Shown piece after piece: positions 56,001-64,000 of a stretch of 64,000 bases of DNA. Within the stretch, counting starts at the first letter, position 1; every line of letters starts with the position of its first letter. The notes below the pieces were generated by a model. That model searched no databases, was not told where the DNA came from, and saw only the letters and a program-made list of their open reading frames with translations. The stretch lies in NCBI GenBank assembly GCA_038253125.1, contig JBBSHM010000003.1, positions 956 through 64,955 on the forward strand. The letters are read 5' to 3'. A program made the translations under genes and the position numbers. The DNA comes from Acidimicrobiales bacterium (GTDB taxonomy: Bacteria; Actinomycetota; Acidimicrobiia; Acidimicrobiales; JAUJNH01).

Positions 56001-59000
56001 GTCAGTGAACTGTCGCCGCCGATGTTGTCGTCGCCCGCGTCGCCGTGGATGGTGTCATTCGCTGGTCCGCCGAGGATGGTGTCGTTGTCCGGGCCGCCCG
56101 AGATGGAGTCGTCACCGGCGCCGCCGGTGATGGTGTCGGCACCGCCGTTGCCGTAGAACGTGTCGTGGGTCGCGATGACGGGCGGTGTCTGGGTGGCGTC
56201 GGCTGACACCGAGTGCCCGACGATGGTGTCGGCGCCGGCGCCCCCGTAGACGGTGTTGTCGCCCGTGCCGCTGTCGATGTGGTCGTCGTAGGTCAGGCCG
56301 GCCACCATGGTGCCGGTCGCGGCCGGATCGGTTAGCGTCTCGTAGTAGTCACCGTAGATGGTGTCGTGGTGCGGACCCCCGACGATGCTGTCGTTACCGG
56401 ACCCGCCGATTAGGACGTTGTTGTCGTCCCGGAACGCCGGGTTGGTCGGATCGGTTACGACCCGACCGTCGTCCGCCCCACCGGCGATGTGGTCGTTGCC
56501 GCCGCCACCGTTGACCACGTCACCGGCGTTGACGTCGCTACCGTTGACGCCGCCTCCGCCGAGGCCGGCGTCGATTGTGTCGTTGCCGTCGGCATTGGCA
56601 CCACCATTGATCTCGGTCACGTGGAGGGCGTCGAGCGACACGGCGTAGTTCGGCCCGACCGTGAGCGCGGCGTCGCCGGCCACTTGGTCGTTGCCGGCGC
56701 CGCTGTGGATGTCGTCGTTGCCTGGGCCGCCGGCGATGAGGTCGTTGCCGTCGCCGGTGATGATCAGGTCGTTGCCTTGCCCGCCGTCGACCGCGACCAC
56801 CGGTGCGACCGACGAGCCGGCGGGTGCCCTGCCGTCGACCTTTATCTGGTCGTCCTGGTTGCCGCCGAGGATGACGGCGGGCTGGTCGAAGTGGCGGACG
56901 GTCGTGCCGGTGGCGGCCGGGTCGGTCCCGGTGCCGTCACCGAGCATGTTGACGATCTCGCGGCCGTCGTAGCCGGTGGCGTCCAGGATGACCCGGTTGA
57001 GCCCGGGGTGGCCCGGGTCGTTCGGTATGCCAGGGTTGGGAGCGATCATGAAGTCTTGGTGGTTCCCTAGGAGGTCGACGCCGAAGCCCAGGAAGTTCCC
57101 GGCCGCGTCGTGTTGGGCCCGGACCGTGGTCAGTTCGGTCGGCTGGGTCTCGGCGCCGTCCAGAGCCGGGTTCGGTGTCTTGGTCAGCGGACCGCCGGCC
57201 TTGTTGTCCCAGTGTGCGTTTCCGCGCGCGGTACCGGTTCCGTATTTGCCGGCGTTGATGATGAGATCCGTGCCCGCGACCTGGCCCAGCGTCGGAGGCG
57301 GCGCGGGCGCGTCGCAGCTGTGGTCGAGGTTGAGGATCTGCCCGTGGGCCAGGGTGTTGGTCCACTCCTCATCGAACAGGCCGAAGTTGACCTTGAAGAA
57401 CAGGACCAGATCGGCGCTGATGTCACCAGAACTGTCGAAGATGCAGAAGGCGTTGAAGTCACCATTGGCATCGCGGCCGAGCTCGTTGATCCTGACCTTG
57501 CCGTCGCCCTTGCCGGTGTTCGGCAGGTCAGGCGTCTTCGGGCTGTCGGAGTCCTTCAGGTCGAGGTTGGCGGTGAGATTTATCGCGCCGCGTATGCCGG
57601 CTTCGACGACTGCCAGGCTGAGCTTGGCGTCGATGTACACCATTGCGTGGGAGATTGCGATCTCGGGGCGCTCCTGGCCCTGGCTGTCGAAGTCGTCGAG
57701 GTAAAACCCGTCGAGGATGCTGGCCAGTTTGCCGGTTTCGATGGCCTTGCGGATCCCGTAGGTGTCGAAGCCTCCGGAGAAGCGCATGTCGACGGTGGCG
57801 GCCACGCCGATGTCGATGAACAGCGGGATCCCGAGGGGACCGATGGTGATGGCGAAGGAGAACTCGTTGTGCAGCGGTCCGGTGTCGTAGGTGACGAGCG
57901 AGATGTCCTGGCCGAGGAGCAGGCCGGCCAGTTTCTCGGGCTGGTCGAGCACGGGGAGGTGGAGGCCGATTGTCCCGGTCGGGTCGAGTTCATCGAGCCC
58001 GATCTCCTTGGTGAGCTTGTTGAGCGCGTCGCCGCATTTGGCGCAGGCCGCGGTAACAGCGTCCTGGACGGCTTTGGCCCCGGCCAGCGCGTTGCCGGTG
58101 ATGAAGTTCTGGATCTGATCCGGGGTGGGTATCCCGACCAGCGCCTTGTCCTTGTTGACACCGAAATCGCCGAGATGTACCGTCCCGCCCGACCCGAAGT
58201 CGACCGCCGATTGGACCAGTCGCAGCACCCGTTCGAGAGCCGCGAACTGCCCGTTGCCGCCGTTGAAGGTGCTGTACAGCTTCATGAGGGTGAGGATGCT
58301 GATGTCGCCCCCACCCACCATGTGCGAGATATCGGACACTCCCGGAATGGGCCCGTCGATGGCGTCGACGACCGGCTTCAGCGGGGAGATGGTCTTTTTG
58401 ATGTCGTCGTAGACCGGCCCGAGCAGCTTGTGGAAGAACGGGTCGAGCTCCAGTTTCACGTCGGAGAACCCGATCGCCAGTCCAGTGTTGTCCGTCGGGT
58501 CGCTGTGGGTGCTGTCCCAGCCCCAGGTGACGCCTAGGTGGGCCGAGATCCCGGGGAAGTCGGAGCCGGCGTTGGCGCTGAGGTCGTATTGCACGTTGGC
58601 CTTGGCACCGAGGCCGATGTGCACCAGTTGGGCGATATCCGCGGAGGCGATGTCGGAGATGCTGAGCAGCGACTTGCCGTTGACCTGCTGCAGCCCGATC
58701 TCGAAAGTGCCCGAGAACTCCGGGGTGGAATGGTTGGTGTCAGCTGTCGCGGTGCCGCCGCCGCCGTTCATGTCGGCGGCTTTGACGGTCACGAACCCGA
58801 TCTGGGCGTCGAAATCGGGGAGGTTGAGCGAGAGCGCCAGTTTGAGGTCGTTGTTGGCCGGTGACCCGGCGTCGAGGTAGAACCCGTGCTCCTTGTCGAA
58901 CCCGAAGGTCAGTTTGAGCTGCCACCCCAAGTCGATGGCGGGACTTGCGTCGCTGCGGAACCGCACGCCGGGGATGCCAAGGTCGAGTTTGCCCGGCGCG

Positions 59001-62000
59001 ACGCTCGGGCAGTTGCTGCCGCTGCATGCTGTTCCGGGGGTCACGCTCCCCTGCCCGACGGTCATCGAGAACCTCACGCCGTCCACCGCGCTCGCGTCCT
59101 CGGTCCCGAGGCAGCTGATGCCTCCGCAGGTAACCGTGGCGGTGAACCCGCTGAGCTCGGTCAGGTGCAGCGTGTTGAGGGCGTTCTCGACATCGTTCGA
59201 GGTGGGGGTAGTAGCTGTGACCGACAGCGCGCCGACGGCGGCGGTCAGGTCCTGCTTGAGCTTCTGGACGAAGGCTGAGCCCTCTTGGATGTCCTTGCCG
59301 ACAAAGGGGAGCTTGCCGTTGGCGCTGGCGACGTCGAGCGACCGGCTGATGTCGTCGAGGTACGGGGCCAGGCCGCCGTTCAGCCCGTCTTTGATCTTCG
59401 GGAGGTCGAGGGTGAGGCTGGACTGGGCGGTCGTGAGGCTGCCGGGAACGGTGATTGACGAGTTGTCGGGCGTGATGCCGGCCAGGCCGTCGCCGAAGAA
59501 GGCCTCGTCGCCCGAGAGGCTGACACCGAAACTGCTCCCGAGGGTCTTGAGGTCGGCGCATACCGCTTTGCCGATCGAACCATCCGGGCAGGTCACCGTC
59601 GGGTCAGCCGCGGGCGCCGCGCTGGACGCGCCGGAGGCCCAGGTGGCGAGCGAAACCAGCCCACCACCGGGACCCTGGACGGTCAACCGTGGGTGGGCCT
59701 CGATCTTGGCCGGGTTGAGGGTGACGGCGAGCGCACCTACGGTGGCGGTGCGGGAGCCGCTGAATGACAGGTCGGGCGAGACCGAGACCGAGCCGTTGCC
59801 CTGGACCATTACCTGGCTGGGGTCGGTTGGCGCGGTCCCGTCGAGGGGAACGGTGAGCGCCAGGTGGGCCTCGGTCCGGCCCTTGGCGCTGAGTGTGCCG
59901 TCGGTGCCGACGCCGACCAGGTCGAGGGGCTTGCCGGCGGACTGGAAGCGCATGGCGAGTGGGGCGGCCGGTTCGCTATCGAGCAGTCGGACGTAGTCGA
60001 CGTCGAGGACCAGATGCGATGCCGGGTGGCTGCCGTCCATGTGAAAAGCCAGCACGCTTGGCGTCCCGAGGGCGGTCGACACGCTGTGGATGAGGCCTTG
60101 GAGGGATTCGGACGGTCCCTGATCGGTGCCCGTCGAGTTCGAGGAGATGGCGCTGAGGGCGGCGTCGAGCTCGGTGGTGCGGAGCAGCGAGGACATGCTA
60201 CGCCCGAGCACCTGGACCTTGGCGTTGAGGCGGTCCTTGGTCGCGCCGGTGGTGAGCGTCCCAAGCTTCTGGAGGGTGTCCCGGAGGGCGCCGACTTCGT
60301 TGGCGACTGCGCCCCGCAGCGCGGTGCTGTCGGCCCCGAAGTCGAGCGGCTTCAGCCGGTCCTGCAGGCCGGCGCCGGCGATGGTCAGTGCCGGCTGCGT
60401 GATGTCGTCGCTGCTCGCGGTCAGGGTGGGATCGGCGCCGTCGAAGAAAAGGCTGGCGTCGGGAACGAACCCATGCAGCGTCGAGCGGAAGTTGGCGAGC
60501 GTGTCATAACTGATGGCGGTGGACGGGGTGCCCCCGTTCAACTGGTTCATCAAGACGCCCATGCGCTGCGGGCCTTGTGAGGCCAGCCCGATGTGGACGA
60601 GGTGAGCCGCCCCGGTAGCGGTGGCGATGCTGATCGAGCCGGTGTCGAACCCGGCCTGAACGAACCCGGCCATCCCGACCGATGGTTTGGCCGCCGTTAC
60701 CGTCGCGCTGACTGTCGTGTCGGCGTCGAGCAGCGTGCCGCCGGTGGCGACCAGGAACCGGTCGGGGGCGATGGGCAGCGACGAGATGATCTTGGTGCCG
60801 ATGACCTGGCTCCCATTCACCTCCTGCACGCTGAAGGGGCAGGCGGCATTGGCCGGGTTGGCCGGATCATTGGCGGTCGCGCAAGCCGTGCCGGCCACGG
60901 GTGGTTTGAGGTCGAGCACAACCGGAAGGTGGAGGGTGTAGGTGGGCGCAGTGGTCGCGACGTCCCCGCCGGGATCAGCCGCGTTGCGGATGCCGGTGAG
61001 CGACTGGGTCGCGTTGCCGATCTGGACCGTGCCCAGGTTCTTGTCGGTCGACCCGTGCGTGGGATCGTTGATGTTCTCGGTGCCACCGGTGCGGTTCACG
61101 ACGATCTCGAACGCCAGCCGGGAGGTGGGATCGTCGTAGCTGGCATTGGCGACAGTCGCCGTCACCACGGCCGGGCCGGTCGATGGGACGTTGACGGTCT
61201 CCTGGCTCAAGGCATTGAAGAAGCCCTGGATCGAGCTGAATTTGGCCTGGCCTGTGGCCTGGTCGACGTTGGCTGGATCGGTGAGGAATTTGACGAACAG
61301 TTCATCGGGGCGCACCGCGTCCGACAGCTTGGCGTCGAGGAACGGCAGGGAGGCGTCGCCGTGCTGGGCTCCGGACAGATGGGCCAGTTGGGCATCACGG
61401 ACAAGGAACAGCAGCCGGGCGACGCTGGTGGCCAGGTCCCTCGGCCCGAGGGTGTTGAACTTTACCAACCGCGCATCGAGGCTCGGCGTGGTCACGGTCG
61501 GCGGTACCGTCGAAAGATCGGCGCTGGTGACACTGACCGAGGTCGGAATGGACGGGAGGGTGAGGCCGGGGATGGCGCTGGGAGCGGTATCGAGATCCAA
61601 CTGGCCGGACACGGAACTGGCGGCTGTGCTGCTTGGGGCGTAGCCGGCGGTGACGATAGCGGCGGTGTTGGCGGCCTGAGCCAGCTCGCCCGGGTTGGTC
61701 GCACCACCCGACGCCGGCTCGGTGAAGGCCAGCTTGCCGTCGTTGTTGGAGTCGAGCCACGTCGTCACGTAATGGGTGTTGAGCTGGAAGGTCGAGGTGA
61801 TCAGCTTCATGGCCAGGATGCCAATCGCCACGTCGACCTTGGTCACATCAGGAATGGACGCCGCGAGGTCGACCTTCAGCGACGGGGTCGAGGCGGTGTG
61901 TACCAGGTAGAAGAAGCTCCTGGACGAGTCGAACGCGACCGTCATGGTGCCGGTCAGGGTGAAGTCCGCCTTCACGCCGTGACTGGCGTTGACCTGCAGG

Positions 62001-62509
62001 CTGGGGCTGGTGCTGGCGATCTGCAAGCCGCTGTCGACGGACCGGGTGACGGTGAAGTCAAGTTGCAACTGCTCGGTCGTGGTACCAGTGGGGGCAGGTG
62101 TTGGCGTAGCGGTCACGAAGGCGTGGCGACCGCCGCCTTCCAGATCCACGCCTGATGCTCCGGTCGACAACGCGGTGGCGACGTCCGACAGCTGAGACGA
62201 GCCGGCCGGGATCCGGTTGACGATGAGCTTGTCGAGCAGATCGTCGAAACCCAGGGTCGAGGGCTCCCCGGGAGTCACCGTCAGCTGCGAGACCGGGGTG
62301 GCGAACGAGCCGGCCGACGCCAGGCCTCCCGACTTAAGGTTGGTAAATGCCGCGAGCTGGGCCAAGCCAGCGGTGATGGCGGCTACACCCGGATCGGCCG
62401 CAACGGCGGCAGCCGGAGTTGGTCCCCTCAAGCCGAAACTGACCAGACCCATCACCGTCAGGACAACCCCGAATCGACGCTTTACGGTCAATACCATCAT
62501 GAAACCCAC
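53030..62509 (-). CDS. Giant (3159 aa) secreted protein: N-terminal signal, ~1900-aa non-repeat region, ~1100-aa RTX-type (GGxGxD) calcium-binding repeat block, short unique C-terminus
   Basis: Signal-like MMVLTVKRRFGVVLTVMGLVSFGLRGPTPAAAVAA. There are dozens of nonapeptide-type repeats such as GGQGNDLIITGDGNDLIAGGPGNDDIHSGAGNDQVAGD between about 53510 and 56800. An alternative ATG start lies at 62500. Confidence 0.85.
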   Translation of the reverse strand: MGFMMVLTVKRRFGVVLTVMGLVSFGLRGPTPAAAVAADPGVAAITAGLAQLAAFTNLKSGGLASAGSFATPVSQLTVTPGEPSTLGFDDLLDKLIVNRIPAGSSQLSDVATALSTGASGVDLEGGGRHAFVTATPTPAPTGTTTEQLQLDFTVTRSVDSGLQIASTSPSLQVNASHGVKADFTLTGTMTVAFDSSRSFFYLVHTASTPSLKVDLAASIPDVTKVDVAIGILAMKLITSTFQLNTHYVTTWLDSNNDGKLAFTEPASGGATNPGELAQAANTAAIVTAGYAPSSTAASSVSGQLDLDTAPSAIPGLTLPSIPTSVSVTSADLSTVPPTVTTPSLDARLVKFNTLGPRDLATSVARLLFLVRDAQLAHLSGAQHGDASLPFLDAKLSDAVRPDELFVKFLTDPANVDQATGQAKFSSIQGFFNALSQETVNVPSTGPAVVTATVANASYDDPTSRLAFEIVVNRTGGTENINDPTHGSTDKNLGTVQIGNATQSLTGIRNAADPGGDVATTAPTYTLHLPVVLDLKPPVAGTACATANDPANPANAACPFSVQEVNGSQVIGTKIISSLPIAPDRFLVATGGTLLDADTTVSATVTAAKPSVGMAGFVQAGFDTGSISIATATGAAHLVHIGLASQGPQRMGVLMNQLNGGTPSTAISYDTLANFRSTLHGFVPDASLFFDGADPTLTASSDDITQPALTIAGAGLQDRLKPLDFGADSTALRGAVANEVGALRDTLQKLGTLTTGATKDRLNAKVQVLGRSMSSLLRTTELDAALSAISSNSTGTDQGPSESLQGLIHSVSTALGTPSVLAFHMDGSHPASHLVLDVDYVRLLDSEPAAPLAMRFQSAGKPLDLVGVGTDGTLSAKGRTEAHLALTVPLDGTAPTDPSQVMVQGNGSVSVSPDLSFSGSRTATVGALAVTLNPAKIEAHPRLTVQGPGGGLVSLATWASGASSAAPAADPTVTCPDGSIGKAVCADLKTLGSSFGVSLSGDEAFFGDGLAGITPDNSSITVPGSLTTAQSSLTLDLPKIKDGLNGGLAPYLDDISRSLDVASANGKLPFVGKDIQEGSAFVQKLKQDLTAAVGALSVTATTPTSNDVENALNTLHLTELSGFTATVTCGGISCLGTEDASAVDGVRFSMTVGQGSVTPGTACSGSNCPSVAPGKLDLGIPGVRFRSDASPAIDLGWQLKLTFGFDKEHGFYLDAGSPANNDLKLALSLNLPDFDAQIGFVTVKAADMNGGGGTATADTNHSTPEFSGTFEIGLQQVNGKSLLSISDIASADIAQLVHIGLGAKANVQYDLSANAGSDFPGISAHLGVTWGWDSTHSDPTDNTGLAIGFSDVKLELDPFFHKLLGPVYDDIKKTISPLKPVVDAIDGPIPGVSDISHMVGGGDISILTLMKLYSTFNGGNGQFAALERVLRLVQSAVDFGSGGTVHLGDFGVNKDKALVGIPTPDQIQNFITGNALAGAKAVQDAVTAACAKCGDALNKLTKEIGLDELDPTGTIGLHLPVLDQPEKLAGLLLGQDISLVTYDTGPLHNEFSFAITIGPLGIPLFIDIGVAATVDMRFSGGFDTYGIRKAIETGKLASILDGFYLDDFDSQGQERPEIAISHAMVYIDAKLSLAVVEAGIRGAINLTANLDLKDSDSPKTPDLPNTGKGDGKVRINELGRDANGDFNAFCIFDSSGDISADLVLFFKVNFGLFDEEWTNTLAHGQILNLDHSCDAPAPPPTLGQVAGTDLIINAGKYGTGTARGNAHWDNKAGGPLTKTPNPALDGAETQPTELTTVRAQHDAAGNFLGFGVDLLGNHQDFMIAPNPGIPNDPGHPGLNRVILDATGYDGREIVNMLGDGTGTDPAATGTTVRHFDQPAVILGGNQDDQIKVDGRAPAGSSVAPVVAVDGGQGNDLIITGDGNDLIAGGPGNDDIHSGAGNDQVAGDAALTVGPNYAVSLDALHVTEINGGANADGNDTIDAGLGGGGVNGSDVNAGDVVNGGGGNDHIAGGADDGRVVTDPTNPAFRDDNNVLIGGSGNDSIVGGPHHDTIYGDYYETLTDPAATGTMVAGLTYDDHIDSGTGDNTVYGGAGADTIVGHSVSADATQTPPVIATHDTFYGNGGADTITGGAGDDSISGGPDNDTILGGPANDTIHGDAGDDNIGGDSSLTPANPALGRFSQLQPSSQQDGNDIIFGGAGNDTIYGGGGDDLIFGDQGNATCPVLTSTNPVVWPAASEPVTAGDGNDTINGGPGNDIISGEGGNDTITGGAGNDRICGHQGNDVLSGGTGDDLISGGSGNDQLYGDDGNDHLEGNSGADVLSGGPGNDQLIGGTSVAGSADTGDTIYGDAGDDVIIGDNGTIRNASPPVVNVFDLTSTDPTLGGNDTIDAGSGNDTAFGGLGDDTTRGGDGDDHLEGNVGTDTIYGGAGQDDIIGGTSPVAVAGADSSAIPDVGDHLYGEDGNDVVVGDNGSITRDNPVVLDGSDPTDTPMVHRTLALLGIYTGGPIVGGDDVMSGGNNNDWLLGGVGNDAISGDGGNDHIEGDNGSDTLSGGDGQDDVIGGTSPLALAPGHTTTDVTDVGDAAINGDAGADYLIGDNGSITHPLDAEGNWAISQADGSFLRSALLLDRLTVGGADTMSGGDGNDRMWGGIGNDTMDGGVGDDYMEGNLGSDIMSGGAGDDDIVGGTSPVALPAGSDASAEADGTAGAAAGTPRLGNHICGFECSQTTGQPDNDVIAGNNARIDRCAPVNGAAAGRDGCAWTQTSYGRSKDATTSLGTSTTRYPTLLGESSSETTHNGDDYIEGNSGNDAHYGEDGNDVLHGDTPAANAPRSISAWSALPAPSPDECLPVSDPNAGQDIAIGGYGNDLACGEGGDDALIGDRATVTVTPFTGATQNISSAGPPNLVASFPASGDTIYPTTLLDFTVGGNDLLFGGPGNDTIHGGAGDDFIQGDDGMRIAGQTAATGDDILFGDNGNDSIQGGPGNDHLWGGDGNDDLDVIRSPLSTDVPPKSDEHNKALPPLFPNIPAYATRFPAPAGQSYDIDPGAQNNPTTTNGDIAYGGYNRDISQADNLNDRLVDSFGAYNLFMVCPAAYGGSQITRSLSPGVLTYLQKLGQADGAVGAADRTSVGGGEVTIIYPGTANPNNAGAAYSTTPGHFTC

Positions 62510-62584
62510 TCAGTTCTGCCGCAGTTCCGCCGCGGCGCCGTTGCGGCTGCGGGCCGTCTCCAGTCGGAGAAGAGCCCAGGGACG

Positions 62585-62613
62585 ACTATTGCTCGGCGGA
62601 CATATCGTGTCAA
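62585..62613 (-). promoter_or_regulatory. Candidate sigma-70-type promoter of the giant gene
   Basis: On the minus strand: TTGACA (62608-62613), a 17-nt spacer, then AATAGT (62585-62590), about 75 nt upstream of the start codon. Confidence 0.4.
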
Positions 62614-62632
62614 GCGGACGTATCGTGTCAAG
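62597..62632. repeat. 18-bp tandem duplication containing the TTGACA element
   Basis: cggacatatcgtgtcaag (62597-62614) and cggacgtatcgtgtcaag (62615-62632), with one mismatch. Confidence 0.9.
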
Positions 62633-62943
62633 GGGCGGGCAGACGTTGCCCGGTGTCCGACCCGGCCGGGGTGTCGAACGCCGGGGGCCTCACCAGCCGT
62701 CTCCCGTCCCACGCCCCGGGGGCCCCAGTGAGCTTGTTCTGCGCCTATCCGTTCAGGATTCTGCACGGTTCCTCGTCACATACGCCACCCAAGGCCTTGG
62801 GCCGCCACGATGGACGAGAATGACCGCAAGCAGTGGGCGTCCAGCCACTCTTCGTCGAGACCCTGGGCACTTCTCCTCATAGGCCCCATTGGACGGTCGA
62901 CCGGCGGCCGGGCCCGAGGAGTGTTCGGGCTTCTTGGTCGTGG

Positions 62944-63297
62944 TCATTGGTTTGGGGGCCCGTCTGTTGTCGGTTGAGGCTGTCCGCGCCGGCCTGGGCC
63001 GGTCGGACCGGTCGGACAGGGTGCGGCAGAACGTGACCGAATCAGGTTGTGGCGGGGACGCGGTCGTGCCAGGCGGGCACCTAGCACGACGATCCAGGTG
63101 AGGACGGCGGTGGTGAAGACCCGCTGGTACAGGCCCGCCCAGCCGGGGCTGATACTCGAGCTGAACAGGTAGAGAACGAACAGCCCGAACGACAGTGGTG
63201 CGCTGATCTGTGAGTAGCGGCGCAAGCCCTGCCACTGCGGGTCGTCGCGGAACGCTTCGGCGAAGACCAGGGGGGCGAGCATCAGGATCCAGAACAC
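62944..63297 (-). pseudogene. Possible DUF998-like membrane protein fragment
   Basis: VFWILMLAPLVFAEAF...ISAPLSFGLFVLYLF...GWAGLYQRVFTTAVLTWIVVLGARL followed by a non-membrane Arg/Pro tail. It is shorter than expected for the family. Tentative. Confidence 0.3.
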
Positions 63298-63590
63298 GGT
63301 GATGGCGGCGAAGTCGTGGCCGTGGTGGTGCCAGGAGACGCTCCCGGGGTGACCGTCGCGCGGCCGGTGCCGGCGCCTCGCCTACCGCCAAGGTGGACCG
63401 CCCGCCGGGTCCGTACGGGGCGCGGATCATCTGCATCGTCCAGCGGCCCGGCCCCCCGCCCACCCAGGGCCGGCTTCGCTTTCGGTGGCGCTCCAAGGCC
63501 CGTGGTTCTCATCAGGCTCAGTATGCGGGGGTGTCGGGCTGGGCACTAGGGGCAGTTGTCCCGAGTTGGCGGGAAATCTCGGCCTGGGTC

Positions 63591-63629
63591 CGGGACAAAT
63601 GTCCCGTCGGTAACGGGACATTTGTCCCG
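63591..63629. promoter_or_regulatory. Two 16-bp near-palindromes CGGGACA-WW-TGTCCCG separated by 7 nt (together a perfect 16-bp-stem hairpin)
   Basis: cgggacaaatgtcccg (63591-63606), tcggtaa, cgggacatttgtcccg (63614-63629). Extra half-sites are ttgtcccgag (~63557) and gcgggacagg (~63634). Confidence 0.45.
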
Positions 63630-63790
63630 TGACAGCGGGACAGGACCTGGTCCTCGTCTCTTCGTCGCCGGTCTGAGCCTCCCGTTGCTCAGCCGTTGAC
63701 CGCCGCTCTAGCCGAGACTGGCGGAACCTGTCAAGGGGTTTGAGACATCTGGTCAGATTTCTTCTGTGCGTCGCCGTCGCCGGGGACGGG

Positions 63791-64000
63791 GCTCCCGGGG
63801 CGGAGCGGTCAGGCGTCGTCGTCGTGGTGACCGCCGAGCAGGGGGTCGGCGTCCAGGCCGGCCTGGAACTCGTCGACCAGATCCCCGGTCGTCATCCGCT
63901 GAAACAGCTCCCGGCCCTCGGCCGACAGCCTGGGGTCGCCCGCCCGGCGCCGCCGCCGACGCTCCTCCAACAGCTCCTCACCGGTGCTCACCCTCCCATT
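63791..64000. repeat. Right copy of the direct repeat (reaches the window edge)
   Basis: See 52414-52635. The repeat may extend beyond position 64000. Confidence 0.9.
63809..63991 (-). CDS. Small acidic-tailed protein, putative antitoxin (copy 2 of 2)
   Basis: VSTGEELLEERRRRRRAGDPRLSAEGRELFQRMTTGDLVDEFQAGLDADPLLGGHHDDDA. It differs from copy 1 by a 4-aa deletion and a few substitutions. No toxin-like ORF lies downstream. Confidence 0.5.
   Translation of the reverse strand: MSTGEELLEERRRRRRAGDPRLSAEGRELFQRMTTGDLVDEFQAGLDADPLLGGHHDDDA

Noticed and set aside
53203-62155. Many 60-520-aa ORFs on both strands inside the giant gene (for example 60593-62155, 57110-58537, 58893-59996)
   Set aside because: They are all nested in or antisense to one uninterrupted 9.5-kb frame whose product has coherent RTX repeats and a signal peptide. 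The alternatives are Arg/Pro/Gly-rich.
62753-63496. 247-aa minus-strand ORF upstream of the giant gene
   Set aside because: It is Arg/Pro-rich low complexity and overlaps, in another phase, the more protein-like DUF998-type fragment.

Overview
High-GC actinobacterial-type chromosomal window, densely coded, mostly housekeeping genes with two accessory patches. Left to right: an SOS mutasome (dnaE2 at 238-3651; imuB and imuA' at 5691-8618), each part preceded by a perfect actinobacterial LexA box and the two parts separated by about 2 kb (DUF2277, decayed VOC, Rieske, a low-GC patch and a frameshifted toxin with an intact partner); vapBC; MFS and AI-2E transporters; amidinotransferase; lgt; rnhB; selD; gpsA and divergent cofC/fbiD plus a PIG-L deacetylase; hupB plus a second Ala/Lys-rich protein; ppk2; TPP riboswitch-thiC; class A PBP; lon; a single-ORF fused ABC exporter; ung; HNH; a coupled SLT/M23 wall-hydrolase pair; ideR-like regulator; BFN nuclease; msrA; secreted BNR, matrixin and FG-GAP proteins; ppc; and a 975-aa SF1 helicase with a C-terminal restriction-endonuclease-like domain. 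The right-hand ~12 kb is accessory: a decayed toxin/antitoxin pair, gene fragments, and a 3159-aa secreted protein with a very long RTX-type repeat block, all lying between two ~93% identical direct repeats (52414-52635 and 63791-64000). The most unusual signal is at nucleotide level: an exactly 33-bp unit occurs in tandem at four sites inside three ORFs (imuB twice, imuA', hypothetical 17484-19253) and is translated in all three phases. A second palindrome-containing ~62-bp tandem repeat forms the ImuA' C-terminal tail in two phases. No rRNA, tRNA, CRISPR array, transposase or integrase could be supported. Many long ORFs in the track are antisense artefacts of high GC content.
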